DNA of 64,000 bases from Candidatus Altiarchaeota archaeon (GCA_043800255.1 JAZDNF010000008.1:1-64000), one strand, 5' to 3'; shown: positions 54,772 to 64,000, counted from the stretch's first letter. A program made the numbers and translations. Notes: generated by a model not told the origin, from the sequence alone.

Positions 54772-56010
54772 ATGCCACTCTCGATTGTTATCCTCCTTGC
54801 TGTGTTTGTCCTGATAGCGGTGAGGAGAATAGGCAACCTCAGACTGGAGATATGGCAGATCATGCTCTTTGGCGCCTTGGCTGCACTGCTGACCGGACAG
54901 ATATCTGCGGCGGAAGCGCTCATGTCCATAAACTTGGACGTCATGCTCTTCCTGTTTGGGATGTTCGTCGTAGGCCAGGCTCTTGAAGAAAGCGGCTATC
55001 TTGCGCACATCTCATACAAGTATTTTAAGCGGGTGAAATCCGTTGACGGTCTTATACTTGCAATCCTGTTTGGCATGGGCACGGCGTCAGCATTTCTCAT
55101 GAACGACACACTGGCTATTATTGGAACGCCTGTGGTGCTGTTGCTTGCAAGGAAGCACGGCATAAGTCCTAAGGTACTGCTTCTTGCGCTTGCGTTTGCG
55201 GTGACGATAGGCAGCGTTATGAGCCCCATCGGGAACCCCCAGAACCTGTTGATTGCAGTACAGGGCGGGATAGGAAACCCGTTTCTGACGTTCTTCAAGT
55301 TTCTGCTGATACCGACAGTAGTGAACCTGTTCATGGCGTATCTCCTCTTGAAGTTCTTTTATGGGGAACACTTTCATAGCAGCTCATTGAGCCATTCCCA
55401 GGAGCCTATACGAGATCACAAGCTTGCGGTGCTTTCTAAGATTTCCCTCCTCCTGGTCGTAATCATGGTTCTTCTGAAGATGGTCGTATTTTTTGTCGGT
55501 TTGGGCTTTGAATTCGGGCTTACCTATATCGCGCTTGTTGGAATGTTACCTGTCCTGTTGAGCGGCAGGAGGCTTCATATTCTAAAATCGATAGACTGGC
55601 ATACTCTGATCTTCTTCGCCGCTATGTTCATCCTGATGGAAAGCGTGTGGGATTCCGGGTTTTTCCAAACGATTATCGATGATACGGGTTTCAGCATATC
55701 CTCCATTGGCATGATATTCGCCGTTGGCGTCATCCTGAGCCAGCTCATATCGAACGTGCCTTTGGTCACACTCTACCTGCCCCTGCTGGTACATGCAGGC
55801 GCCTCTACGAAGGAGATGTTAGCATTAGCTGCCGCCAGCACGATTGCCGGCAACCTGTCGATTTTGGGCGCAGCGAGCAATGTCATAATAGTGCAGAACG
55901 CTGAGAAGAAGTCGGGGGAGACGCTGACCTTCTGCGAGTTCGTCAGAGTCGGCGTACCGCTCACGGTATTGAATGTTGGAGTATACTGGGTTTTCCTTGT
56001 GCTTGTTTGA
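54772..56010 (+). CDS. ArsB/NhaD-superfamily anion transporter
   Basis: MNDT, SPIGNPQNL, ISNVP, STIAGNL..GAASN. Confidence 0.9.
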   Translation: MPLSIVILLAVFVLIAVRRIGNLRLEIWQIMLFGALAALLTGQISAAEALMSINLDVMLFLFGMFVVGQALEESGYLAHISYKYFKRVKSVDGLILAILFGMGTASAFLMNDTLAIIGTPVVLLLARKHGISPKVLLLALAFAVTIGSVMSPIGNPQNLLIAVQGGIGNPFLTFFKFLLIPTVVNLFMAYLLLKFFYGEHFHSSSLSHSQEPIRDHKLAVLSKISLLLVVIMVLLKMVVFFVGLGFEFGLTYIALVGMLPVLLSGRRLHILKSIDWHTLIFFAAMFILMESVWDSGFFQTIIDDTGFSISSIGMIFAVGVILSQLISNVPLVTLYLPLLVHAGASTKEMLALAAASTIAGNLSILGAASNVIIVQNAEKKSGETLTFCEFVRVGVPLTVLNVGVYWVFLVLV

Positions 56011-56064
56011 CTGCTTTTTTAGTTGGAGGTTCAATCATCTCTTATTAGTTTTTATCTTGAGGGG

Positions 56065-56505
56065 ATGATGCGGGGCGTTAAGTTGAATCAAAGATTGAAG
56101 GACTTTTTTGACAGGACTCTTAGGGCTAAGAGGTCCCCTCATTCCATAGCATTGGGTTTTGCCATCGGCAGTTTCATCGCCATAATGCCGACGCCAGGCT
56201 TCGGGACGCTGTTAGGCCTTCTTGTAGTCTTACTTTATAAGAAGGTTAACAAGCTCTCTGTTTTCCTGGGGCTGGCATTTTGGAATCCGCTGACGCTGGT
56301 GCCGCTCTACATACTGAGTTACAAGATCGGGGACATGCTCTTAGCCCCTGTGCCCGTGGTAGACTATGATATAGGGGTGATGTACGCCGGCTACCATTTA
56401 ACGAGGCGGTTCCTGTTGGGCAACCTTATCCTCTCAACACTGTTGTCAACAGTCAGCTATGCTGCTGTGAGACTGTACGTCGAATCTCAGCAGAAGAAGC
56501 TGTGA
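56065..56505 (+). CDS. DUF2062 family membrane protein
   Basis: SPHSIALGFAIG, NPLT. Confidence 0.85.
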   Translation: MMRGVKLNQRLKDFFDRTLRAKRSPHSIALGFAIGSFIAIMPTPGFGTLLGLLVVLLYKKVNKLSVFLGLAFWNPLTLVPLYILSYKIGDMLLAPVPVVDYDIGVMYAGYHLTRRFLLGNLILSTLLSTVSYAAVRLYVESQQKKL

Positions 56506-56595
56506 GGAACACACAAATCTAGGATATACTCTAGACTGTCCGCAATATAGATTAAAAAAAAAGGATAATGGGCTTTTTTGCAGCCCCGCTCATCT

Positions 56596-56790
56596 TCAGA
56601 TGACTTTCACGTTTCCGGCTTTTGGCCCGCGGTCTCCTTCTACTATGTCAAATGAAACGCGGTCGTTTTCGTTGAGCGTTTTGCCGCTTTTGAGGGCGCT
56701 CTCGTGGACGAAGTAGTCTTTACCGTCGTCGCCGTTTATGAAGCCGAACCTTTTCATCCTGTTAAAGAATTTGACTGTTCCTTCAACCAT
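56596..56790 (-). CDS. Cold-shock protein
   Basis: GTVKFFN..FGFI, YFVH, GPKA. Confidence 0.95.
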   Translation of the reverse strand: MVEGTVKFFNRMKRFGFINGDDGKDYFVHESALKSGKTLNENDRVSFDIVEGDRGPKAGNVKVI

Positions 56791-56956
56791 TGTAGTATCA
56801 CCTCCATGTAATGCTTATTTTCCGCCCGAATTGGACGTTAAATCCTAGTTGGATTCTGTTAGAAACAGAAAGAACATGCGGGAACATAAGTCAACAATAG
56901 GTAAGTGTTTTTCTACCTATTAGGGTTTTATGCTTAAAAATCAAACTATCCTGTCC

Positions 56957-57481
56957 TTACAGGTCGTCCAGGGCATCTCCCAGCAATCCCCGCACCCGTT
57001 TCTTCTCATTCAGGAAGTATTGCCTCACAAGGGCCAGGTGGTATATGGGCTTGGCCATTATCTGAGCGGGGGTGGAATCAGCCAGCAGTTTCATCACCGC
57101 CTCCTGGTCCCACGAGTCCATACCCCTCTCAACTCTTATAGTCTCCGCCTTGCTGTCCAGTCTTCCGCCTTCGGATTCCCACAGCTGCTTTAACGCTGAG
57201 AAAACTTTGGAGTTGAGGTCGTCTTCCAGCTTTTTCATAGAGAGGCCGAAAATCACAGCATCGATTTCTTGTTTGCCTAGCATGTCCCCTAACTGCGGCC
57301 CGAAGGTTGCTGCACCCTCAATCAGCGAGTCTTCTGATAGCTGGGTTCGTGGTTTCCGGCCTAAAGATTTTGGCATAAGCTCTCTCAGCTTCTGGATAGG
57401 GGAGCCCTGCTTTTCCCTGTCGTCTTCTTTTTTCTTAGGCTGCCGGCGCCTGTCCTTTGGGAATTCTATCAGCTCTCCCAT
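56957..57481 (-). CDS. Hypothetical protein
   Basis: 174-aa ORF, charged N-terminus. Confidence 0.6.
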   Translation of the reverse strand: MGELIEFPKDRRRQPKKKEDDREKQGSPIQKLRELMPKSLGRKPRTQLSEDSLIEGAATFGPQLGDMLGKQEIDAVIFGLSMKKLEDDLNSKVFSALKQLWESEGGRLDSKAETIRVERGMDSWDQEAVMKLLADSTPAQIMAKPIYHLALVRQYFLNEKKRVRGLLGDALDDL

Positions 57482-57516
57482 GGTTTATTACAATGAACGC
57501 CGGGATAATATATACT

Positions 57517-58665
57517 ATGGACCGGGTTGTCTTGCGCAGGGCATCTGATGGACTCGCGCAAGAGGTCAGGCAGAACCTGGAAGCCATTGAGAGGCTGACT
57601 CCCAAGGAGGCTGGCAAATTGAAGCCTGCTGTCACGGAGGAGCTGAAAGTTGACTTGCACCATCACTTCGTGCCTTCTACGAATCCTGCCAAGCGGGCTA
57701 AACAGGTTAGGGCGTTCTGGAAGGCTGTGCAGGCGAGCGATTTGGATGCTGTCGCCGTAACAACGCACAGTGACATCGAAAGAGGCGACGTCAATCCTGA
57801 GTCCATCTATCGTGAGCTTAGGGAGGCAATGCCTGAGAAGCTCAGGAAAGGCAAGTTCAAGCTTTTGGCTGGGCTTGAAGTCCAGTGCAGACCGAATAAA
57901 ACGGAGATAGGTCTGATATCCCCTGAGCCGGACCTCCTCTATAAGGATCCCTTCTGGTATTCGATGCCCTCTGCAGATGATGTTGGGAGGAAAATAAGAG
58001 ATGACAGCAGGCTGCTTGGTTATTTGCCGCATCCTTTCTCCGGTTCTGGGGGAGCTGCTCATGGATCACACATGGGCGCGGACGAGGCTAGGAGGCTGGT
58101 GGGAGAATACGGCCTCGGCGTTGAATTCACTGGCATGTACAGGGACGGTAAGCTGCTGACGCAGCAGCCTATTTTGAGGCAGCTTTTAGGCCTTTTTGAG
58201 ATGCTGCCTCAGAAGAATAAGGTTCTGACGAAGATTGCGGCCGTGTCCGAGGGCTTCAGGCGGGCGGATGAGGAGGTGCATAGGAGCGGGCTGGCGGGTG
58301 AAGCCAGGTTCGTAACAGTCGGAGGCGACTATCATGATGCGAAAGACCTCGGCAAATCTTACATACTCGTTCCTGTGAAGAAAAAGTCCGATAAGCCGCT
58401 CAGCCAACAGTATGACATTCTGGAGAGCGGGGGCGGCATGATCCTGTTGGAGGCGAGCAAAAGCGCAGTCTCGGATGCTGCTGGCAGGCCTGCCTCAGAG
58501 GAGGAGATCATCGAAAGCATCAAAACGACAAAAGACACTGCGGAACCCCACCTGCAGGGAGAGCAGGGGAAAGACTTCAAGCTGCTCCTGAACCTGACAG
58601 CCGAATTCGCAAGAGAGACGAAAGCCAACCTCAGAGAAAAACGCCTAGTGAAAAAACAAGAATAG
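57517..58665 (+). CDS. PHP-domain metal-dependent phosphoesterase-like protein
   Basis: DLHHH, AVTTHSD, GLEV, PHPF, GGDYH. Confidence 0.75.
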   Translation: MDRVVLRRASDGLAQEVRQNLEAIERLTPKEAGKLKPAVTEELKVDLHHHFVPSTNPAKRAKQVRAFWKAVQASDLDAVAVTTHSDIERGDVNPESIYRELREAMPEKLRKGKFKLLAGLEVQCRPNKTEIGLISPEPDLLYKDPFWYSMPSADDVGRKIRDDSRLLGYLPHPFSGSGGAAHGSHMGADEARRLVGEYGLGVEFTGMYRDGKLLTQQPILRQLLGLFEMLPQKNKVLTKIAAVSEGFRRADEEVHRSGLAGEARFVTVGGDYHDAKDLGKSYILVPVKKKSDKPLSQQYDILESGGGMILLEASKSAVSDAAGRPASEEEIIESIKTTKDTAEPHLQGEQGKDFKLLLNLTAEFARETKANLREKRLVKKQE

Positions 58666-58846
58666 ACTCTGTCAAATCCGAATCTTGCCGAAGGTGGGAA
58701 CCTAAACATTGGTACAAGAGGAGTTAAAAACGTTAGACTGTGAGGTAACAAAAAAGACGGCATAAAATAGATTTCAGACTGATTCTACTGAAGATATTAT
58801 AGAACAATGATATAAAAAGCGTTATGTTCTTATACATAAACTGAGG

Positions 58847-59221
58847 ATGAAAGCGTTGCATAGTTTTGTTCATCAGAGTAGGGAGGGTAAGATAACTTCT
58901 TTGTCAATGTATTTGGCTGATTCTGGGCAGGCGTTGAACATGTCAGTTAGTGAGAAGATCAACGACACATCGGAGATAATCCGGGTGAAATTCAACTTGA
59001 ACGAGATCGCAGCAATGTCTAAACTAAACACTTGGTCTACCTACCACTCCTTTGAGAAGGAGGGTAAGACGTCAGAGACTCGGATAAACTGGAACACCCC
59101 CTTCTTCAGCGTTGAGAAGGAGGGTAAAAAGATCGCGATAAAATTCACCGACGCTGAAATTTATGGGTTTCAGATGACGCTGGAGACCGCATTCCAAGAG
59201 CTGATCAGAAGAGGAAAATAG
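58847..59221 (+). CDS. Hypothetical protein
   Basis: 124-aa ORF with internal EKEGK repeat. Confidence 0.6.
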   Translation: MKALHSFVHQSREGKITSLSMYLADSGQALNMSVSEKINDTSEIIRVKFNLNEIAAMSKLNTWSTYHSFEKEGKTSETRINWNTPFFSVEKEGKKIAIKFTDAEIYGFQMTLETAFQELIRRGK

Positions 59222-59228
59222 ATTATTT

Positions 59229-60758
59229 CTAGTTGTTTTTAGATTCGCTGATACCTTCAAAATCGATATACCCTCGCGTGGGATCCACATTGATCAATCT
59301 AACACGAACTTTCTGTCCGACAGCCATTCTTTCCCCTCCATGCATGACCCTGCCTTCTACTGGTGGTGAGATAATCCGTACATAAGTTCCCTTTTCAGAA
59401 GCCCCGGTGACAATCCCATCAAATGAGTCCCCTAATCTATCACCCAATAATACCGCTGCCGCTGCCTTTCGCATGAAACGTTCAACCTTCTGAGCAGCTT
59501 TGTCGCGATCAGTACACCACAATGAAAGTTCAATTAACTCTTTTTGAGTATACGGACTTGATTCTTTTGCCAGAACTGATTTAAAAAGCCGTTGAAGAAT
59601 AACATCCACATAACGTCGGTTAGGGGCTGTAGCATGAGTGTAGTCCATAACGGCAAGGCCAAAATGGCCATATGAAGGCTTACCCGGCTCAAGCATGACA
59701 TATTCGCCTGCCCCCAACAACTTTACGATCGTTAAAGACAGATCAGGGAAATGTTCGGAATCAACCTCTTTTTGCCTAATGAGAAATTGTGAAAGCGCCT
59801 TTGAGTCAGGTTCAGAAGGCAAAGTCTCACCGTGGGCGACAGCGACATCCATTATACCCCTCCAGTTTCGAGGAGTGCGGACGACCCTCTGGATTACCGG
59901 AATTCCTGCTTTTTCTAAAAAATTCATCATCGTCACATTGACGGCTATCATAAGGTTCTCAATCAAGTATCGTGCTCGATTTTTCCTTTGGATTACTAAA
60001 CCTTTTACCCTCTCGTTCTCCACAACCGGTTTAGGTTCGATTGTGTCCAATTCAAGAGCCCCTTTGTCCATACGAAATTTTCTTAAACGTTGCGAGGCCT
60101 CATCCTGCAGGGCAAGTTGTTCTTCTAGCCCGGGAATTTCCCGTACGAGATGGGGAGCAGGGCCCTTCCCCTCAAGCCAGTCACCGATTTCTTCATAAAT
60201 AAGCTTTGCTTTATTGCGCACAATCGCACGGTATATGTCTCCTGAGCGGATGCTCCCGTCTAAAAGGACTGCAAACTCGATGACAACTGCCAAGCGGTCT
60301 TGGCCAGCTCGCAGAGAGGAGAGATCAGTAGACAACCTATTTGGAAGCATTGGGAAAATCTCTATCCCAGTATAAACCGATGTGCCATTTTGAACGGCAT
60401 GCTGGTCAGTTTGGGAGTTTTTTGGGGCAAACAAATCAACATCAGCAATAGCAACCTTAACCAGTATCTCTTGGTTGGAACCATGCTCACAGTATTCTAG
60501 TTGATCAAGGTCCAGAGAATCCTCATTATCGATTGAAGACCATAATAATGAACGAAGGTCTCTGGCATCATTTTGACCGCCTTTCAAAAGCTGTTTTACA
60601 TTGATAGCGTTGACTTCATTTATCACAAGCTTTGGGAATTGGGATTGGAAACCATATTTATTCATCGCCTTTCTGGCTATGGCCTTAAGGTCTAGGTTAC
60701 GGTAATTAGCGATATTTCCTATCCTCTCTCCCCCACTTTTTCGCTTAGGACGTTCCAT
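59229..60758 (-). CDS. RNB-family (RNase II/R-like) exoribonuclease
   Basis: SIDN..S.DLDQ, VAIADV, HFGLA..YTH.TAPNRRYVD, S1 domain. Confidence 0.9.
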   Translation of the reverse strand: MERPKRKSGGERIGNIANYRNLDLKAIARKAMNKYGFQSQFPKLVINEVNAINVKQLLKGGQNDARDLRSLLWSSIDNEDSLDLDQLEYCEHGSNQEILVKVAIADVDLFAPKNSQTDQHAVQNGTSVYTGIEIFPMLPNRLSTDLSSLRAGQDRLAVVIEFAVLLDGSIRSGDIYRAIVRNKAKLIYEEIGDWLEGKGPAPHLVREIPGLEEQLALQDEASQRLRKFRMDKGALELDTIEPKPVVENERVKGLVIQRKNRARYLIENLMIAVNVTMMNFLEKAGIPVIQRVVRTPRNWRGIMDVAVAHGETLPSEPDSKALSQFLIRQKEVDSEHFPDLSLTIVKLLGAGEYVMLEPGKPSYGHFGLAVMDYTHATAPNRRYVDVILQRLFKSVLAKESSPYTQKELIELSLWCTDRDKAAQKVERFMRKAAAAVLLGDRLGDSFDGIVTGASEKGTYVRIISPPVEGRVMHGGERMAVGQKVRVRLINVDPTRGYIDFEGISESKNN

Positions 60759-62887
60759 CTCTCTTTTTCTTCTTCGTTAAACGAGCTTTTTACCTGCTTT
60801 AATGCCTGCTGGAAGTGTTTCATGGTGACTTTCCTTGAAGTCGGCTTGTCTTTGCTTTGGCCTATTGACTCGCGTATGGCGTTCATCCCAGCTTCCCTAC
60901 ATACTGCGGAGATGTCTGCTCCGTTATAGTTTTCAGTCGCGTTCACCATTTCATCTAGTTTTATGTCTGAGTCAAGATTCATCTTTTTCATGTGCACTTT
61001 AAAAATCTTTTCGCGGCTTATCTTGTCTGGGAAGGGGACGTAGATAATCTTGTCCAATCTTCCGGGGCGCATCAACGCTTCATCCAAAAGATCCGGCCTG
61101 TTTGTAGAGCCTATTATCATGACGTCCTTAAGCTCTGATACTCCATCTATTTCGGTTAATATTTGAGCGACGACTTTTTCGTTCACGTCGCTTCCGAAGC
61201 TTTCACCTCTTTTCGGGATTAGGGCGTCCAGTTCATCGAAGAATATGATTGCTGGAGCAACTTGTCTTGCCCTGCTGAATACCTTCCGTACTCCTCGCTC
61301 AGACTCTCCCACGTACTTGTTCAATAGTTCCGGGCCTTTTATTGATATGAAGTTTACTCCGGATTCTTTTGCAATGGCTTTAGCGAGCATGGTTTTTCCG
61401 CAACCTGGCGGCCCGTATATCAGCACACCTTTAGGCGGCGCTACTCCAGTCTCCTTGAACATGCTGCTGTATTTGATAGGCCATTCAATGCTTTCCTTGA
61501 GTTGTCCTTTGACTTTTTCAAGTCCGCCTATATCGTCCCAGGTTACGTTGGGTATTTCAACTGAGACTTCACGCATGGCTGATGGTTCCACCCTGCTCAT
61601 GCCCTCATGGAAGTCTTCTCCAGTAATCTTTATTTTGTTTAGTATGTCCGTTGAAAGCTTCATATCTTTCGCCTTCTTTATATCCGGCATCAGTTTCCTC
61701 AACGCTTTCATGGCTGCTTCCTTGCAGAGTGCTTCAAGGTCCGCTCCAGTGTAGCCGTAAGTTATGTCTGCAAGGTGGTCAAGATTCACGTCTTTAGCTA
61801 GAGGCATGCCTCTTGTATGAATCTGCAAAACTTCCTTCCTACCGTTCCGGTCTGGAACCCCAATCTCAATCTCTCTGTCGAACCTACCCGGCCTTCTAAG
61901 GGCAGGGTCTATTGAGTCCGGCCTGTTGGTTGCTGCAATCACTACAACTTCTCCTCTCGACTGGAGACCGTCCATAAGCGTTAAGAGCTGGCTTACGATT
62001 CTTTTTTCAACTTCGCCATGGACTTCCTCACGGCTGGGTGCTATAGCGTCAATCTCGTCAATGAATATTATCGCGGGAGTGTGTTCTTGCGCATTCTTGA
62101 ATACTTCCCGCAAGTTTTCCTCACTTTGACCGTAGTATTTGCTCATAATTTCCGGGCCGTTCAGTGATATAAATTGAGCGTCGGTTTCGCTTGCAACCGC
62201 TTTTGCAAGAAGGGTTTTTCCGGTTCCGGGAGGCCCGTATAACATGACTCCTTTCGGCGGTTTTATTCCTAGCTTTTGGAAGACTTCAGGATGTTTTATC
62301 GGAGTTTCAATCATTTCTCTTATCGCGTCTATCTCATCTTTGAGCCCGCCGATGTCCTCATACCTTATTCCAGGAGACAGTTCAGTAGTCTTCACCGGAT
62401 TTTTGGATATCCTGATTTCAGTGTCGGGGGTTACAATGACTATCCCTTTTGGCTTGATGCGGGTAACCATCAACGGGAGTTGAACTCCCATGACATCTAC
62501 AACGACAACATGTCCTTGCATGAAGGGCATATTCATTAACTTCTCCTGCAGGTATATTGGAAGATCATCTCCAAACTCTATGGGCTGAAAGGGACTGAAT
62601 TGTATCTCACTCGCCTTACTGTAGTCGACTTTTTCTACTTTGACCTCTTCGTCAATGCTTGCGCCAGCATTGTGCCTTATTATCCCATCAAGCCGTATAC
62701 TACCCCGCCCCTCATCTTCCATCTGCCCGGGCCAGGCTCTTGCAGAAGCTTTCTTTTTACCTTCTATGACAAGTATATCCCCCGGTGAAAGCTTCATCTT
62801 TCTGAATACTACAGGGTCTATCCTTGCAATACCCCCACCCACTTCGTTTACCCTAGCCTCCTTGACTTTTAAAATCGCGTCTTTCAT
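60719..62887 (-). CDS. cdc48: CDC48/VAT AAA+ ATPase
   Basis: Two AAA modules GPPGTGKT and [14 protein letters not shown]. Confidence 0.95.
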   Translation of the reverse strand: MKDAILKVKEARVNEVGGGIARIDPVVFRKMKLSPGDILVIEGKKKASARAWPGQMEDEGRGSIRLDGIIRHNAGASIDEEVKVEKVDYSKASEIQFSPFQPIEFGDDLPIYLQEKLMNMPFMQGHVVVVDVMGVQLPLMVTRIKPKGIVIVTPDTEIRISKNPVKTTELSPGIRYEDIGGLKDEIDAIREMIETPIKHPEVFQKLGIKPPKGVMLYGPPGTGKTLLAKAVASETDAQFISLNGPEIMSKYYGQSEENLREVFKNAQEHTPAIIFIDEIDAIAPSREEVHGEVEKRIVSQLLTLMDGLQSRGEVVVIAATNRPDSIDPALRRPGRFDREIEIGVPDRNGRKEVLQIHTRGMPLAKDVNLDHLADITYGYTGADLEALCKEAAMKALRKLMPDIKKAKDMKLSTDILNKIKITGEDFHEGMSRVEPSAMREVSVEIPNVTWDDIGGLEKVKGQLKESIEWPIKYSSMFKETGVAPPKGVLIYGPPGCGKTMLAKAIAKESGVNFISIKGPELLNKYVGESERGVRKVFSRARQVAPAIIFFDELDALIPKRGESFGSDVNEKVVAQILTEIDGVSELKDVMIIGSTNRPDLLDEALMRPGRLDKIIYVPFPDKISREKIFKVHMKKMNLDSDIKLDEMVNATENYNGADISAVCREAGMNAIRESIGQSKDKPTSRKVTMKHFQQALKQVKSSFNEEEKERWNVLSEKVGERG

Positions 62888-63198
62888 TCTACCCTCTCTC
62901 TGGATCTCCATCCACAATGTCTTTCACATAGACGGTCATACCATCAATAAAGGAAATGCAAACTACTTGGGAAGGATATTAGAATACAACAATAAATCCA
63001 CTGTTTTGGCTTAGTCAAGGAAGATAGAACGCAACGCGGCTTAGAGTAGGTAAAAGTAGTGAACATCACAACACAATAAGCAAAGTGAGTGGGCTAAGTG
63101 CTCTGACACATCAACTGGAGGATAAGGTTCGAAGTTACAGTGTTAGAGTTCAAGTCCCTAAGGGCTCTGAAAAAACACGAATCAAAAGGATGCTCAGT

Positions 63199-63231
63199 GC
63201 GGCTAAGCGAGCGTTAGCGAGCGCATGCCGC
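63199..63231 (+). repeat. TAAGCGA..GAGCGCAT hairpin module, copy 3
   Basis: gcggc-TAAGCGA-gcGTTAgc-GAGCGCAT-gccgc. Confidence 0.8.
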
Positions 63232-63259
63232 TCCCTGGCGTAAACGGACAGTGTCGGTT

Positions 63260-63444
63260 TGCCGAAGGCGGGACTCGAACCCGCGACCTCCAGATAACTC
63301 AGCGTTATCGTGAAATCTTCCCTAGCCTTTGGCTACGGTGCCCGGCCCCAAAATTTTTTCTTTGGGGGTGAAGCACCTTTCTTTTCATAAAAGAAAGGGG
63401 CTCGCTTATGAGTCTGGCACTCTGCGCTACTGAGCTACTTCGGC
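63260..63444 (-). tRNA. Elongator tRNA-Met(CAT) with 111-nt canonical intron (63296-63406)
   Basis: GCCGAAG/CTTCGGC, A73, CCAGA-CTCATA|A-TCTGG, BHB CTCA/TGAG. Confidence 0.88.
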
Positions 63445-63528
63445 GTAACTGGAAATCCAGTTAGCAGATTGTACTGTCTTCGGCTCCGGCCTCGACAGTA
63501 CTGAATAATATTATCTTGACGTATTATA

Positions 63529-63749
63529 TTTCTTTTCCATCAACGCTTTTCTTTCCTAAAGAAAAGGGTTGCTGGATTCAATATTATGGGCGTTAGAGTA
63601 TATTAATTTTCTTTTTCGCCAACGCAAACGAGACTTTGTCTCGTTGCGCACGAAGACGCTAGTCTTCGTTGCGTTTTTCTTTTCCCTAAGGAGCGAAGCT
63701 CCTTGGGCGCAGGGAACGAAGTTCCCTCGCGTCTAAAAGAAAAAGGTTG
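63529..63749 (+). repeat. Two triplex-type modules, the second with two nested twin-hairpin insertions
   Basis: Pyrimidine tract + pyrimidine/purine hairpin at 63529-63571 and 63607-63749. Confidence 0.8.
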
Positions 63750-63788
63750 TTAGGGGTTAAATAGGGGTCGGTTGTAATAGTCTCTTGT

Positions 63789-64000
63789 ATGGTGAAGCCC
63801 AATCTCCTGTTTGAGGTCTCCTATGAGGTTTGTAACAAGGTTGGCGGCATTTACGCTCTGCTGAGGTCTAAGGCCCCGTATGTGCTGAGAGAGTACGGAG
63901 ACGATTATGTTATGGTGGGGCCGTACGTTCAGAACAATGCTGCCGTTGAATTTGAGGAGCAGATGACTCCTGAAGAGCTTTCTGATGTTGTTGATGACCT
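63789..64000 (+). CDS. Glycogen synthase (GT3-like), partial
   Basis: LFEVSYEVCNKVGGIY..SKA..GPY. Confidence 0.88.
   Translation, partial: MVKPNLLFEVSYEVCNKVGGIYALLRSKAPYVLREYGDDYVMVGPYVQNNAAVEFEEQMTPEELSDVVDD

Larger units (their letters stand above)
58685..63273. mobile_element. Putative islet integrated at the tRNA-Met 3' end (no integrase)
   Basis: TTGCCGAAGG(T/C)GGGA at 58685-58699 and 63259-63273; interior looks more AT-rich. Confidence 0.6.

Noticed and set aside
39068-57495. Shared ATTGTAATA just upstream of two minus-strand orphan ORFs (39067 and 57481)
   Set aside because: A 9-bp AT-rich match in promoter DNA with only two copies is too weak.
63478-63484. CTTCGGC as a tRNA-Met 5'-end echo
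   Set aside because: Only 7 bp, which is not distinguishable from chance.

Overview
Archaeal chromosomal window (HMf-type histone, CarS, aIF5A, L14e, Cbf5, Pop5, BHB-intron tRNAs). The lineage may be Altiarchaeota/DPANN-like, but that is inference only. It is mostly housekeeping (glmU, hisG, ppsA, pyrG, glyS, galT, ppdK, gpmI, glk), plus a redox/metal cluster at 48-54 kb and a giant signal-peptide-bearing SpvB/FG-GAP/RHS polymorphic toxin at <1-5502 that the ORF track misses. The most unusual signal is non-coding. All three tRNA genes (Ser-GCT, Ile-GAT, Met-CAT) carry long BHB introns. Their introns and flanks share a kit of short structured modules: a co-varying intrastrand-triplex motif, a TAAGCGA..GAGCGCAT hairpin and twin hairpins. 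These modules nest inside one another and sit between duplicated tRNA ends, which suggests an undescribed tRNA-targeting mini-element system. The window also holds two candidate stand-alone ncRNAs (~19.13-19.34 kb and ~32.01-32.10 kb), a 4.6-kb integrase-less islet at tRNA-Met (cdc48 + RNase II), a bS22/mS38-like small ribosomal protein and several unannotated micro-ORFs. All calls are from reading the sequence by eye; no searches or folding programs were run.
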